Source of the DNA: Candidatus Helarchaeota archaeon | GTDB lineage: Archaea; Asgardarchaeota; Lokiarchaeia; Helarchaeales; RDOG01 | Length of the DNA stretch: 64,000 bases | Reading direction: 5' to 3' | NCBI GenBank assembly: GCA_019058315.1 | Contig: JAHPZH010000003.1 | Coordinates: 268,451-332,450, forward strand | Shown here: piece after piece, positions 20,363 to 31,165 of the stretch | How positions within the stretch are numbered: position 1 is the first letter of the stretch | How the letters are laid out: the number at the start of each line of letters is the position of its first letter | Made by a program: the position numbers and the translations under genes | Notes under the pieces: model-generated | Databases searched by the model: none | Seen by the model: the letters and a program-made list of their open reading frames with translations, nothing else | What the model was told of the DNA's origin: nothing

Positions 20363-21750
20363 TTCGAATGACTAAAGTTCTTGTAATCGGTCTAGATTGT
20401 GCTACACCTCAACATATATTTGGGGAATATTTACAATATCTCCCAAATATCAAAAAATTCTTAGACCAAGGTATATACGCAAAAATGCGGTCATCAGATC
20501 CACCTATTACAATTCCTGCTTGGTTAGTAATGGCAACAAGTCGGAATCCTGGTTCATTAGGATTTTATGGGTTTCGTCATCGAAAAAATAACTCCTATTC
20601 GGATATTTGGATTGCAAATTCGTTAAAAGTAAAAAAACCAGCAGTTTGGGATATTCTTTCTGATTATGGTAAAAAATGTTGTATTATTGGATTTCCCCCA
20701 TCTTATCCTCCAAAACCACTAAACGGATATCTTATTACAGATTTTATCACTCCCGGTCCTGAAAATGAATATACTTATCCTCCAGAATTAAAAAGAGAAT
20801 TACAAGAGCATTTTGGGGATTATATTTTTGATGTGGAATTTAGAACTGATGAAAAGAAAAAATTAAGTGAAAATTTGTATAAAATGGTAGAAAATCATTT
20901 TGAAGTAACGAAATATATGATTAAAAATAAACCTTGGGATTTATTTTGGTTTGTAGAAATTGGAACGGATAGGATGAATCATGGTTTTTGGCATTTTGCA
21001 GATAAAAACCATAGAAAATTCCAAAAAGATTCCGAATTTGAAGACTTCATTAAGGAATTTTATATTTACTTAGATAAAGAAATTGGAGAATTATTGAAAT
21101 TAGTAGACAAACAGACAATTGTTTTATTAGTCTCAGACCATGGCGCAAAAGCCATGAAGGGTTGTTTTTGTGTAAATGATTGGCTTATTCAAAATAATTA
21201 TTTATCTTTGAATTCGAAGCCTTCTCCAGGGACACGATTAGAAGATGCAGACATTAATTGGTCAAAGACAAAAGCCTGGGGATGGGGTGGCTATTACGCC
21301 AGAATTTTTTTTAATGTTAAAGGAAGGGAAAAGTCTGGTATAATCGACATCAAAGACTTTGAAAAGGAACGTAATATTCTAATTGAAAAAATAAAAAACA
21401 TTAAAGATCCCTCCAAACATCCCATGAAAAATAAAATTTATAAGATTGAAGATCTCTTTCCAGAGCAAAAAGGCAATCCTCCAGATTTGATGGTTTATTT
21501 TGATGATCTTTCATGGAGGTCTGCCGGAACAATTGGTTATGATTCTCTTTATTTGGAAGAAAATGATACAGGCCCAGATGAAGCCGTTCATGACTATTTT
21601 GGTATTTTTGCTATGTATGATCCCTCAAAGAAAATTGGTAAGAATATTTCGGAAATTAATATTTTGGATATTTCTCCAACTATTTTAAATCTATTTGGTT
21701 TACCTATTCCAAAAGATATGGAAGGAAAAACTATTAAATTAGAAGAGTAG
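20359..21750 (+). CDS. Alkaline phosphatase superfamily protein (nucleotide pyrophosphatase/phosphodiesterase-like)
   Basis: VIGLDCA, PPITIPAW (Thr nucleophile position), DRMNH, VSDHG and DISPTIL...MEGK. Confidence 0.88.
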   Translation: MIRMTKVLVIGLDCATPQHIFGEYLQYLPNIKKFLDQGIYAKMRSSDPPITIPAWLVMATSRNPGSLGFYGFRHRKNNSYSDIWIANSLKVKKPAVWDILSDYGKKCCIIGFPPSYPPKPLNGYLITDFITPGPENEYTYPPELKRELQEHFGDYIFDVEFRTDEKKKLSENLYKMVENHFEVTKYMIKNKPWDLFWFVEIGTDRMNHGFWHFADKNHRKFQKDSEFEDFIKEFYIYLDKEIGELLKLVDKQTIVLLVSDHGAKAMKGCFCVNDWLIQNNYLSLNSKPSPGTRLEDADINWSKTKAWGWGGYYARIFFNVKGREKSGIIDIKDFEKERNILIEKIKNIKDPSKHPMKNKIYKIEDLFPEQKGNPPDLMVYFDDLSWRSAGTIGYDSLYLEENDTGPDEAVHDYFGIFAMYDPSKKIGKNISEINILDISPTILNLFGLPIPKDMEGKTIKLEE

Positions 21751-21757
21751 AGAAAAT

Positions 21758-22285
21758 TTGCAGCAAGGTTTCACATTATGGCTGACAGGACTACCATGTT
21801 CAGGTAAAACAGTAATAGCTGATCTAGTCGCTACAGAATTGAAGAAAAGAGGGCTAAAGGTGGAAAGATTAGATGGAGATATTGTTAGAAAAAGTTTGAC
21901 TAAAGATTTGGGCTTTTCGAAGGAAGATAGATATAAAAATATAGAAAGGGTGACTTTTGTTGCCAAATTATTAACCCGAAATGGAGTGATTGTAATTGCA
22001 TCTTTTGTCTCGCCGTATAATGAAGTTCGAGAGATGTCAAGGAGAGAAATCGGGAATTTCGTTTTAGTTTATGTAAAATGTTCTTTGGAAGAATGTATTA
22101 AAAGAGATTCGAAGGGAATGTATAAAAAGGCTATTGCAGGAGAAATTTCAAATTTTACTGGAATTTCTGATCCATTTGAAGAACCAATTAATCCTGAAAT
22201 AATAGTTGAGACGGATAAAGAATCCCCAAATGAATCTAAAAATAATGTTATAAGAAAATTAGAAAAGTTGGGATATTTGGAATAA
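21758..22285 (+). CDS. cysC: Adenylyl-sulfate kinase
   Basis: WLTGLPCSGKT, LDGDIVR, LGFSKEDR and FTGISDPFEEP. Confidence 0.97.
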   Translation: MQQGFTLWLTGLPCSGKTVIADLVATELKKRGLKVERLDGDIVRKSLTKDLGFSKEDRYKNIERVTFVAKLLTRNGVIVIASFVSPYNEVREMSRREIGNFVLVYVKCSLEECIKRDSKGMYKKAIAGEISNFTGISDPFEEPINPEIIVETDKESPNESKNNVIRKLEKLGYLE

Positions 22286-22343
22286 TCTTAATGGCATCCT
22301 TTTTATGAAAATTATTAAAAATAGGAAAATAATAAATCAAAAA

Positions 22344-22895
22344 TTATTTAATTTTCTTTTTGAACTTGAGTAATTTCTGAATTTCTTTTTCAATTTTTTT
22401 AACTCTTTTTTTTGCATTTTTTAATATTGAAGTATTTCCATACTCATCAATCCAAACATTGAATCTTTCTTCAACTGTTATATATGTTGAACCTTTAGTT
22501 AATTTATCGGCATAACAGACTATTTTTTCCTCAATTGTTTCTGGGAGATATCGATTAACCGGAAGTGCAAGAATTTGACAGTCCTTTTTTGAAAATCCGC
22601 CTAATATATGAGTTTCTGCAATTCTAGCAATCTTTTCAGAAAAACCTTGTTCCCTGATTATATTGCCACCTTCAATTGAATGATGCCAACCATGAACTCT
22701 TGAACGTCCAATATCATGCAATAACGCACCGATTTCTACTAGGTTTATATCTACAGTAACACTATTATTTATTAGATTTTTCGCAATTTCCAAAGCCTTA
22801 TCAGCTACAGCAATAGAATGGTTTATTATATTTTGGCTTAAACCCACCTCTTGAAGTAATTTAATTGCTTCATCGCGGGTGGGCATAAAGTTCAT
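22344..22895 (-). CDS. HD-domain (HDIG) phosphohydrolase
   Basis: INHS, LLHDIGR and EEKIVCYADKL. Confidence 0.9.
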   Translation of the reverse strand: MNFMPTRDEAIKLLQEVGLSQNIINHSIAVADKALEIAKNLINNSVTVDINLVEIGALLHDIGRSRVHGWHHSIEGGNIIREQGFSEKIARIAETHILGGFSKKDCQILALPVNRYLPETIEEKIVCYADKLTKGSTYITVEERFNVWIDEYGNTSILKNAKKRVKKIEKEIQKLLKFKKKIK

Positions 22896-23003
22896 AAATT
22901 TTCCAAACCTTTTTCTAATTAAGAGTTTTAAATTTAGATTTATTTCCTTACTAGATAATTATTTCCATAATTTATTGAAAAAATATATAATCATGGTTAT
23001 TTA

Positions 23004-23933
23004 ATGAGAAAAAAAGAAAATAATAATCAACTTTGGACAAAACCGTTATGTGCCAGCTGTATGCTTAACATTGGTTATTCAGCTCTGAAAAAGTCGACAG
23101 AAGATAAAGAATTACAATACAAATGCATGAAAGAAATATTTAATATCTTAAAACTTTTTTCAAATGATGTATTCCCTGTTGATCTATCAATAAAAATTTT
23201 CAGAATGCTTCAAAAATCAACAAAGAATATGAACCCTTATGATAAGGAGAAAAAGCTTAGTAATAAATTGGGAAAAACAGTGAGTGAGCTTATTAAACTT
23301 GATATTATTAAGTCTCAATCTTATTCAGAGAGAATTAAAAAAGCAATTATAGGTACAATAGTGGGAAATATTATCGATTTTTCAACAGCTCAGCATCAAT
23401 TTAATTTAGACGTCAACGAATTCAATGATTTGTATTCACATAACTTAGAGACGGGGTTTAAAATAAATGATTTTGAAGAATTTATTTCATTATTAGATAA
23501 AATTGAGACAATTTTATATGTGTTAGATAATGCAGGAGAAATTGCATTTGATAAATTGTTAATAGAAGAGTTACTAGCAATTGGTAAAACAGTTATAATT
23601 GTTTTAAAAGAAGGATCCATTGCAAATGATGCAACTTTAGAGGATGCGCAAGAAGTTGGGCTAGATAAATTAGGAGTTGAATTGTTAACGACCGGTTCAA
23701 ATGCCTTAGGAGTAATGTTTAACGAAGTATCTGAAGAATTCATGCAAAAACTGGAAAATTCCGATTTAATTATTTCTAAAGGACAATCTAATTGGGAATG
23801 TTTTACTTATTTTAAAGAAAAAATAAAAATTCCAATATTATTTATACTAAGAGCAAAATGTTCTCCAATTGCAGAGTTTTTGGGTGTAAATGTAGGGGAT
23901 AATGTTTTGAAATTGATAAAAAAAATAACTTAA
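23004..23933 (+). CDS. DUF89/ARMT1-like damage-control phosphatase
   Basis: CASC, GNIIDF, DNAGEIAFD, NDAT, SKGQSNWE and RAKC. Confidence 0.92.
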   Translation: MRKKENNNQLWTKPLCASCMLNIGYSALKKSTEDKELQYKCMKEIFNILKLFSNDVFPVDLSIKIFRMLQKSTKNMNPYDKEKKLSNKLGKTVSELIKLDIIKSQSYSERIKKAIIGTIVGNIIDFSTAQHQFNLDVNEFNDLYSHNLETGFKINDFEEFISLLDKIETILYVLDNAGEIAFDKLLIEELLAIGKTVIIVLKEGSIANDATLEDAQEVGLDKLGVELLTTGSNALGVMFNEVSEEFMQKLENSDLIISKGQSNWECFTYFKEKIKIPILFILRAKCSPIAEFLGVNVGDNVLKLIKKIT

Positions 23934-24050
23934 TCGTTTTATACACCTAAAAAAGAATATTTTATAAATTGCTGTTTATATTATTCAGATAATAGTTATA
24001 CAAAAAAAAGGAAAAACGATTTGAATAAATACAAAAGATCAATGGCTGCT

Positions 24051-24055
24051 GGAGG
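24051..24055 (+). promoter_or_regulatory. Shine-Dalgarno GGAGG upstream of a probable ATT start
   Basis: GGAGG-aaatttaa-ATT; the ATT directly follows an in-frame TAA and is in frame with the downstream ORF. Confidence 0.55.
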
Positions 24056-24063
24056 AAATTTAA

Positions 24064-25380
24064 ATTAGCTTTCCACACAACACTGAATTTATCCGTGGAG
24101 TTATTTACTCTAAATTTGAAAATGTAGGACCAGTTCCAAAAAATTGGTTTCCTGAATTAAATGTGTCTACACGGCAACATATTGCTTTAAAGACTATAAA
24201 TTTATTAGCTGGTGAAAAAGGAGAGATTCCGAGCGAATTAGCTATTGTTCCTCTTCCCAAGATGAATAAAGTCTCTATTGTTAAATATATAGAAATCCCA
24301 GATAGTCAAGCAAGGGGAGATGCATGGGATGCATCAGTTACTGTTCTTTTTGACCAAAATTTTCTTCCTTATATTCATAAATATATTGATAAGTTCTCCG
24401 AAGAACTTGATTCATTAACTAATAGCATTTTAAAAATTGAACAGAAAAAAAATCCTAATGCAGCACTTAGTGAAGCTGTTAGCAATTTTTATTTTAATTT
24501 TGAAAAAAAAATTATGTCATTCATTACAACTGAAGAAGCAAAGGAATTTTTCCCTACAGATACAAGATTAGAAGTATTAAAACAGACTATTGAAAATTTT
24601 CAAAATCTCATAAAAGATTATATTGAAAATTCGGAAGGTTTTTCTCAAAAGGACTTAAAAGATGCTTTAAAACTCTCTTATGAATTGAGCATTTTAGATT
24701 TAAATGAAGTTTCTGCTAAAAAAATCCGCCAAATTGCGAAATTTGCAGAGAAATTAAAAAGAAAAAAAGATATGATTGAATCAAAACGTAAAAAGGCGAA
24801 TCAGCTAACTGATAGATTGAATGGTATGGGTACCGTTTTAAATGAGAGATTAGAAGAAATAACCTCGGTTTTTGATGATTTTTTAGAAGATGTTCAAGAT
24901 TCGATGGAAAAATTATCTACAAAGGGTTCCCAAATCCTATTTTTTAAAAAAATTTATGATAGCGGAGAAACTGAAGCAAAAATTTTAGCTACTAGTAAAG
25001 AATTGAATTTTTATATAGGCTTCTTAAAACAAATTAATAACCTTCCCCCCTATGAATTTACGAAACTAAAAAATCTCTATATTCAAATGGAGAAGATGCG
25101 CGATCTACGGAAATTAAGAGAAGTGGGCAAAACTGCTCAAAAAATTGGAAACATCTTACAACTTAAACGTAAAAAAATTTTAAAAATAACTCGAGATCCT
25201 AAATTAAAAGTATCATTAGATGATATATTCCAGCTTTCGGAAGAAACGAAGGAAAAAATTGTTTTGAAAAAAGAAAATAATGACAAGGTTGAAAAAAGAA
25301 AAGCTAAAAGCAAAAGTACTAAAAGAAATTCAAAAAATTCTAAGAAGAAAAAGAAATCTAAATCACAAAAGAAAAAATAG
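24064..25380 (+). CDS. uDENN/longin-like N-terminal domain plus coiled coil and Lys-rich tail (start probably ATT at 24064; ORF track uses GTG at 24163)
   Basis: The in-frame extension (I)SFPHNTEFIRGVIYSKFENVGPVPKNWFPE gives a 'YSKF...GP.P..W.P' uDENN-like motif. Confidence 0.65.
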   Translation: MSFPHNTEFIRGVIYSKFENVGPVPKNWFPELNVSTRQHIALKTINLLAGEKGEIPSELAIVPLPKMNKVSIVKYIEIPDSQARGDAWDASVTVLFDQNFLPYIHKYIDKFSEELDSLTNSILKIEQKKNPNAALSEAVSNFYFNFEKKIMSFITTEEAKEFFPTDTRLEVLKQTIENFQNLIKDYIENSEGFSQKDLKDALKLSYELSILDLNEVSAKKIRQIAKFAEKLKRKKDMIESKRKKANQLTDRLNGMGTVLNERLEEITSVFDDFLEDVQDSMEKLSTKGSQILFFKKIYDSGETEAKILATSKELNFYIGFLKQINNLPPYEFTKLKNLYIQMEKMRDLRKLREVGKTAQKIGNILQLKRKKILKITRDPKLKVSLDDIFQLSEETKEKIVLKKENNDKVEKRKAKSKSTKRNSKNSKKKKKSKSQKKK

Positions 25381-25579
25381 CATAATTTTTATTTCTAAAA
25401 TCAATAATAGGCAAAATTAGATGTTTTATTTTAAGAATTTATCCTAATTTTAATTATAATTGTTTATATTGGAAAATATCATTTATTTAGTAATAAATTT
25501 ACAAATCTAATTATTGACATAGCTCATTCAAAATTTGATTTTTAATAGTCAAATTGAAAATAATTAAGAGGTAATCATA

Positions 25580-28063
25580 ATGAATAACACTATACCTACT
25601 CATTATATTATAAAATTAGAACCGGATCTAAATACCTTTGAATTTAAAGGTCAAACGGAAATTTTTATAGTTATAGGGGAGCCAACTGAACAAATTATCC
25701 TAAATGCAGTTGATCTAAAAATTAATTATTGTAAAGTAATTCTAAAAGACCGGAAAAAATATCAAGAGGTCTCATTTTCCGAAGATCCTGAAAAAGAATT
25801 ATTAATTATTCAGCTTCCTGTCAAAACGAAAGGAGAAATAAAAGTATTGATAGATTATAAAGGGGAGATCAGAAACGATATGCGCGGTTTTTATCGTAGT
25901 AGATATAGTAAAGATGGAGAAATGAAATTCATAGCTATAACACAATTCGAAGAAACGGAAGCTAGGAAATGTTTTCCTTGTTTTGATCATCCTAAGTATA
26001 AAGCGACCTTTGATGTTGAGATGGTTGTGGATAAAAACCTTGTTGCCATATCAAATAATCCCGTATCTGAAGAGATTGATTTAAATGATCTTAAAAAAAT
26101 TGTTCGGTTTCAAAAAACTGTAAAAATGTCCACATATTTAGTATTCTTTGGAGTAGGTGAGTTTGAATTTGTTGAAGATCCTGGTGATATTTTAGTAAGA
26201 GTTATTACAACCCCCGGTAAATTACAATTTGCTGATGTTGGATTAAAATTTGCTAGAAAAGCATTAAATTGGTTAGAAGATTATTATGATATAAAATTGC
26301 CATTACCAAAGATTGACCATATAGCAGTTGCTGATTTTGCATTTGGAGCTATGGAAAATTGGGGAGCGATTACATATCGAGAAAATTTAATTCTATACTA
26401 TCCCGATAAAACATCTAAAGCTGCTTTAGAAACCATGTACGAGGTAATTGCACATGAATTAACCCATCAATGGTTTGGAGACCTTGTTTCACCTGATGAT
26501 TGGCGATATTTATGGCTTAACGAGAGCTTTGCCACTCTATTTGGTTATGCCATTACTGCTGATTGTTATCCCGATTGGGGAATATGGGAAAATTTTGCAC
26601 TTGGAACTATTAATTCCGCTTTTGCCCGTGATTCTTTGATCGAAACATTTCCTATAGAACTCCCAAGTGGTGAACAAGCAAGAATAACTCAATCAACAGC
26701 TCCAATTATCTATAGTAAAGGGGGATCAGTGCTTTTAATGTTAAAGAGTTATCTTGGTGAAAATTTTAAATTAGGCATACGACATTATCTGAAGAAATTT
26801 GAATATTCCACTGCCTCGAGTGATGATTTTTGGCAAGCATTTGAGGAAGTATCAAAAGAACCAATAACTAAAATGATGAAAGGTTGGATAGAACAGGAGG
26901 GATATCCCCTAATTGAAGTAGAAAAAAAAGATAATGTATTATATTTAAAACAAAATCGTTTCACTTATTTATCTTATACTTCACCTCAAAAGTGGTTTAT
27001 ACCATTAACAATATGGGTTCAATATTCTAATGGTAAATCTCAATTAATTAGAAAAATGATGCAGCAAAAATCTGAAAAAATTGAAATTAAGGGGGATATA
27101 AACGCATATAAAATTAATTATGAGCAAAAAGGGTTTTATCGAGTAAAATATAACGATGAATCGAATCTAAAAGAGCTTTCTAAGCTAGTTTTAAACGAGA
27201 AATTACCGCCATTAGATAGATGGGGTTTGGAAAATGACCTTTTTGCGTTTTTAATTCAGGAGGACATCCCAATCACACAATATCTAGAATTTCTTGATAA
27301 TTTTCTTGAAGAAGACGCTCCGTTACCCTTAGAGAGTGTAATAAGTCATTTATATCAATTATATAATATAATAAAAGGTTCATTTCGAGCAAAAATTAAA
27401 GAGATCGGAAAGGATTTTAGTGAGAGAATATTAGAGAAAATTGGTTATGAACCAAAACCCGATGAATTACATGCAGTTTCAAATTTACGTAGCATGGTCA
27501 TATGGACAGCGGCGATTTTTGGTAGTCAAAAATCTATTGATTTTGCTCTTAATCAGTTTTCAAAAATCAAAAATGGTGAGCTAATTCATGTAGATATTAA
27601 GGGAGCAGTTCTGAGAGTCGCTTCCTATATTAATGAAAAAAATATTGATTGGTTAATTCAAAATTTCGAAAAATTAGATAATGAACCAGAGAGAATCAAC
27701 TTTGTGGCGGCTTTGGGATCAGCGAAAGAAAGTGAAATGAAAAAGGTACTTCAATTTACTATGGACAAAATACCTCCAAGAATAAAATTTTATCCGATTG
27801 TACTTATGGCACGAAATCCTAATACAAGCCCTTTTATGTGGGATTGGTTTGTTGCCAATATTAAAGGATTAGAAAAATTTCACCCAAGTCATTTTGAAAG
27901 AATTTTGGATGAAATCGTTTCTAATAGTGGAATAGAAAAAGAAGAAGAAGTTGAAAAGTTCTTTAAATCTTATAAAATAAAGGAAGAAACCTTACAAGAC
28001 GTTCTTAAAATGGCTTTAGAAAAATTGAAAATAAATAATAAAGTTCAAAAAAGGTATAAATAA
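25580..28063 (+). CDS. M1 family aminopeptidase (tricorn-interacting factor F2/F3-like)
   Basis: TQFEETEARKCFPCFD, GAMENWG, HELTH-x18-E (WLNES) and IYSKG. Confidence 0.96.
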   Translation: MNNTIPTHYIIKLEPDLNTFEFKGQTEIFIVIGEPTEQIILNAVDLKINYCKVILKDRKKYQEVSFSEDPEKELLIIQLPVKTKGEIKVLIDYKGEIRNDMRGFYRSRYSKDGEMKFIAITQFEETEARKCFPCFDHPKYKATFDVEMVVDKNLVAISNNPVSEEIDLNDLKKIVRFQKTVKMSTYLVFFGVGEFEFVEDPGDILVRVITTPGKLQFADVGLKFARKALNWLEDYYDIKLPLPKIDHIAVADFAFGAMENWGAITYRENLILYYPDKTSKAALETMYEVIAHELTHQWFGDLVSPDDWRYLWLNESFATLFGYAITADCYPDWGIWENFALGTINSAFARDSLIETFPIELPSGEQARITQSTAPIIYSKGGSVLLMLKSYLGENFKLGIRHYLKKFEYSTASSDDFWQAFEEVSKEPITKMMKGWIEQEGYPLIEVEKKDNVLYLKQNRFTYLSYTSPQKWFIPLTIWVQYSNGKSQLIRKMMQQKSEKIEIKGDINAYKINYEQKGFYRVKYNDESNLKELSKLVLNEKLPPLDRWGLENDLFAFLIQEDIPITQYLEFLDNFLEEDAPLPLESVISHLYQLYNIIKGSFRAKIKEIGKDFSERILEKIGYEPKPDELHAVSNLRSMVIWTAAIFGSQKSIDFALNQFSKIKNGELIHVDIKGAVLRVASYINEKNIDWLIQNFEKLDNEPERINFVAALGSAKESEMKKVLQFTMDKIPPRIKFYPIVLMARNPNTSPFMWDWFVANIKGLEKFHPSHFERILDEIVSNSGIEKEEEVEKFFKSYKIKEETLQDVLKMALEKLKINNKVQKRYK

Positions 28064-28293
28064 CATTTAAATCTAATTAAATATTATTTGATATGAATTT
28101 CATCTAAAATCTCTTAATATTTTAGATTTCATCAATCCTTTTGTTTGAAAATTATTTAATTTTTAAAGCAGTAGATTTATTAGACAGTTTTGTAATATAT
28201 TAATCATAAAACATATTGACATTATTTTAAAATTAACAAAAATCTGTTAATTTTTTGTTTTTCGAAATTAATAAGTTTTTAGTGTGAGTAATC

Positions 28294-28563
28294 GTGGATT
28301 TAGATGTTCGCCCGATTCATAGCGGGCAGAGAGTTGGTCTTGAACTCTCTCGTAGGCAAATAGTTTTAAAGAATGAAGAAGGAGATACCAAAGAAGTTGC
28401 ACCTCTAGTTTATGTTGTCTGGAGAAAGTGTAATTCTGAAAATACTGTAAATGATTTAATCGAATATTGTGTTGACAGAACACGTAAATCAAAGGATTTC
28501 ATTTCGGGGATCGTCTTTGATATTCTTAAAGATTTAAAAAATACTGGATTCCTACAATATTAA
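28294..28563 (+). CDS. Stand-alone PqqD/RRE-like winged-helix protein
   Basis: VWRKCNSENTVNDLIE...VFDILKDLKNTGFL resembles the PqqD pattern IW..CDG..TV.EI...V..FL..L...GL. Confidence 0.6.
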   Translation: MDLDVRPIHSGQRVGLELSRRQIVLKNEEGDTKEVAPLVYVVWRKCNSENTVNDLIEYCVDRTRKSKDFISGIVFDILKDLKNTGFLQY

Positions 28564-28621
28564 ATCATTTTTTTTAATTTTTGTCAATTTAGATTTATTT
28601 TAAAAGATAGACAAATTCTTG

Positions 28622-29968
<1,347 letters not shown>

Positions 29969-30132
29969 TTATTTTTGTAATAATTGTTAATTAAAGTTTT
30001 GATTTGACAAGATTGCAGTTTAAATGACATAAAACAAAAAAGTTTTAAAGCACGAAATCTTGAAAAAAAATTGAGAATCGAACCTTTTTTAAGAAAAAAA
30101 ATAAGTTAAATAGTCATATTTGAGGAAAAAAG

Positions 30133-30603
30133 ATGGCAAAGGCAAAAAAGGCAAAAAATCAGAATAAAAGTAAGAAAATAACTAAAAATCCTAAAAAACC
30201 ACCAAAAAGAAGGGGTCGGCCTCCAGGATCGGTAAAGACGAAGGGATTAGAGAGAGAAAGTATTCAAAATGTAATATTAGATAAAAATGAATCTTCATCC
30301 TATGAAAAAAATATTAGTAAAGATGATTATGATTCGATCTTAATAAAACAATTAAAAAGCAACAGAAAAGAGAAAGAAAAAGCTTTCAAGGATGAATATG
30401 AAGATGATAATGAAGAAGATGAAGATTCTGACGCATTTATTGAAGGCTACGATATAGAAATGCCAGAAGGGGAAGAGTTTGAAGAAGATATTATGAGTTT
30501 ACCTAAAAAAGCTAAGAAAAAGAGAAAAAAGAACTACTATGATGAATTTGGGATAGAAAGCGAATTTTATGATAGTGATTATAATATTGGTGACTATGAA
30601 TAA
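30133..30603 (+). CDS. Disordered protein with basic N-terminus, AT-hook motif and acidic C-terminus
   Basis: PKRRGRPPG core; Lys-rich start; D/E-rich tail. Confidence 0.7.
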   Translation: MAKAKKAKNQNKSKKITKNPKKPPKRRGRPPGSVKTKGLERESIQNVILDKNESSSYEKNISKDDYDSILIKQLKSNRKEKEKAFKDEYEDDNEEDEDSDAFIEGYDIEMPEGEEFEEDIMSLPKKAKKKRKKNYYDEFGIESEFYDSDYNIGDYE

Positions 30604-30730
30604 TTTATTACAAAATAAAAATTGTCATAAAGATTAGCATTAATTTTTTAATCCAATAATTTCATTATTAATTAAGACAAGAAACTTTTCTACATTTATT
30701 TTGATTATATTAATTAAAAAATTGATTAAA

Positions 30731-31156
30731 ATGTCCAATCCTGAAAATCCGGAAAATAAAGAGGATATGGAAGATGTTAAATCAATTGGATTTTTTCCCG
30801 AAGCAGAAATTCTGATTTTCCCAAATAGATTACTTGCAGAACACCATGTTGAGGAATTTTTAGAAAAAATAAAATCTGTAGAGGGAATTTCAAAAATTAT
30901 GTTAACAGGACCACGAATTTATGAGAATAGTTCTATTAAAATAGGATCCAAAACAATTCCCCTTAAAGTACAAGTCGGAAAGGTCATTATACAAATTGAA
31001 ACTGTTGATTTAATCAAAGATATTAGAGAAGTATGTGATAATTGTTTTAAATTTGGATATAGAATTGGTGTGGGGAGATACACAAAGTGGCGGGAAACCA
31101 CGATGGATTCCGTTAGAGGCTATTCTCTTGTAATCCGGAAAGATATGTTAGAGTGA
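30731..31156 (+). CDS. mcrD: Methyl-coenzyme M reductase operon protein D
   Basis: EILIFPNRLL...TGPR...IPLKVQVGKV...FGY...GRYTK..ET.MD matches McrD; adjacent to mcrC. ATG at 30731 preferred over TTG at 30701. Confidence 0.85.
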   Translation: MSNPENPENKEDMEDVKSIGFFPEAEILIFPNRLLAEHHVEEFLEKIKSVEGISKIMLTGPRIYENSSIKIGSKTIPLKVQVGKVIIQIETVDLIKDIREVCDNCFKFGYRIGVGRYTKWRETTMDSVRGYSLVIRKDMLE

Positions 31157-31165
31157 GTTGAATAT

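Noticed and set aside
19205-22285. Dissimilatory sulfate reduction
   Set aside because: sat is paired with cysC (the PAPS route); no aprAB, qmo or dsr genes were seen.
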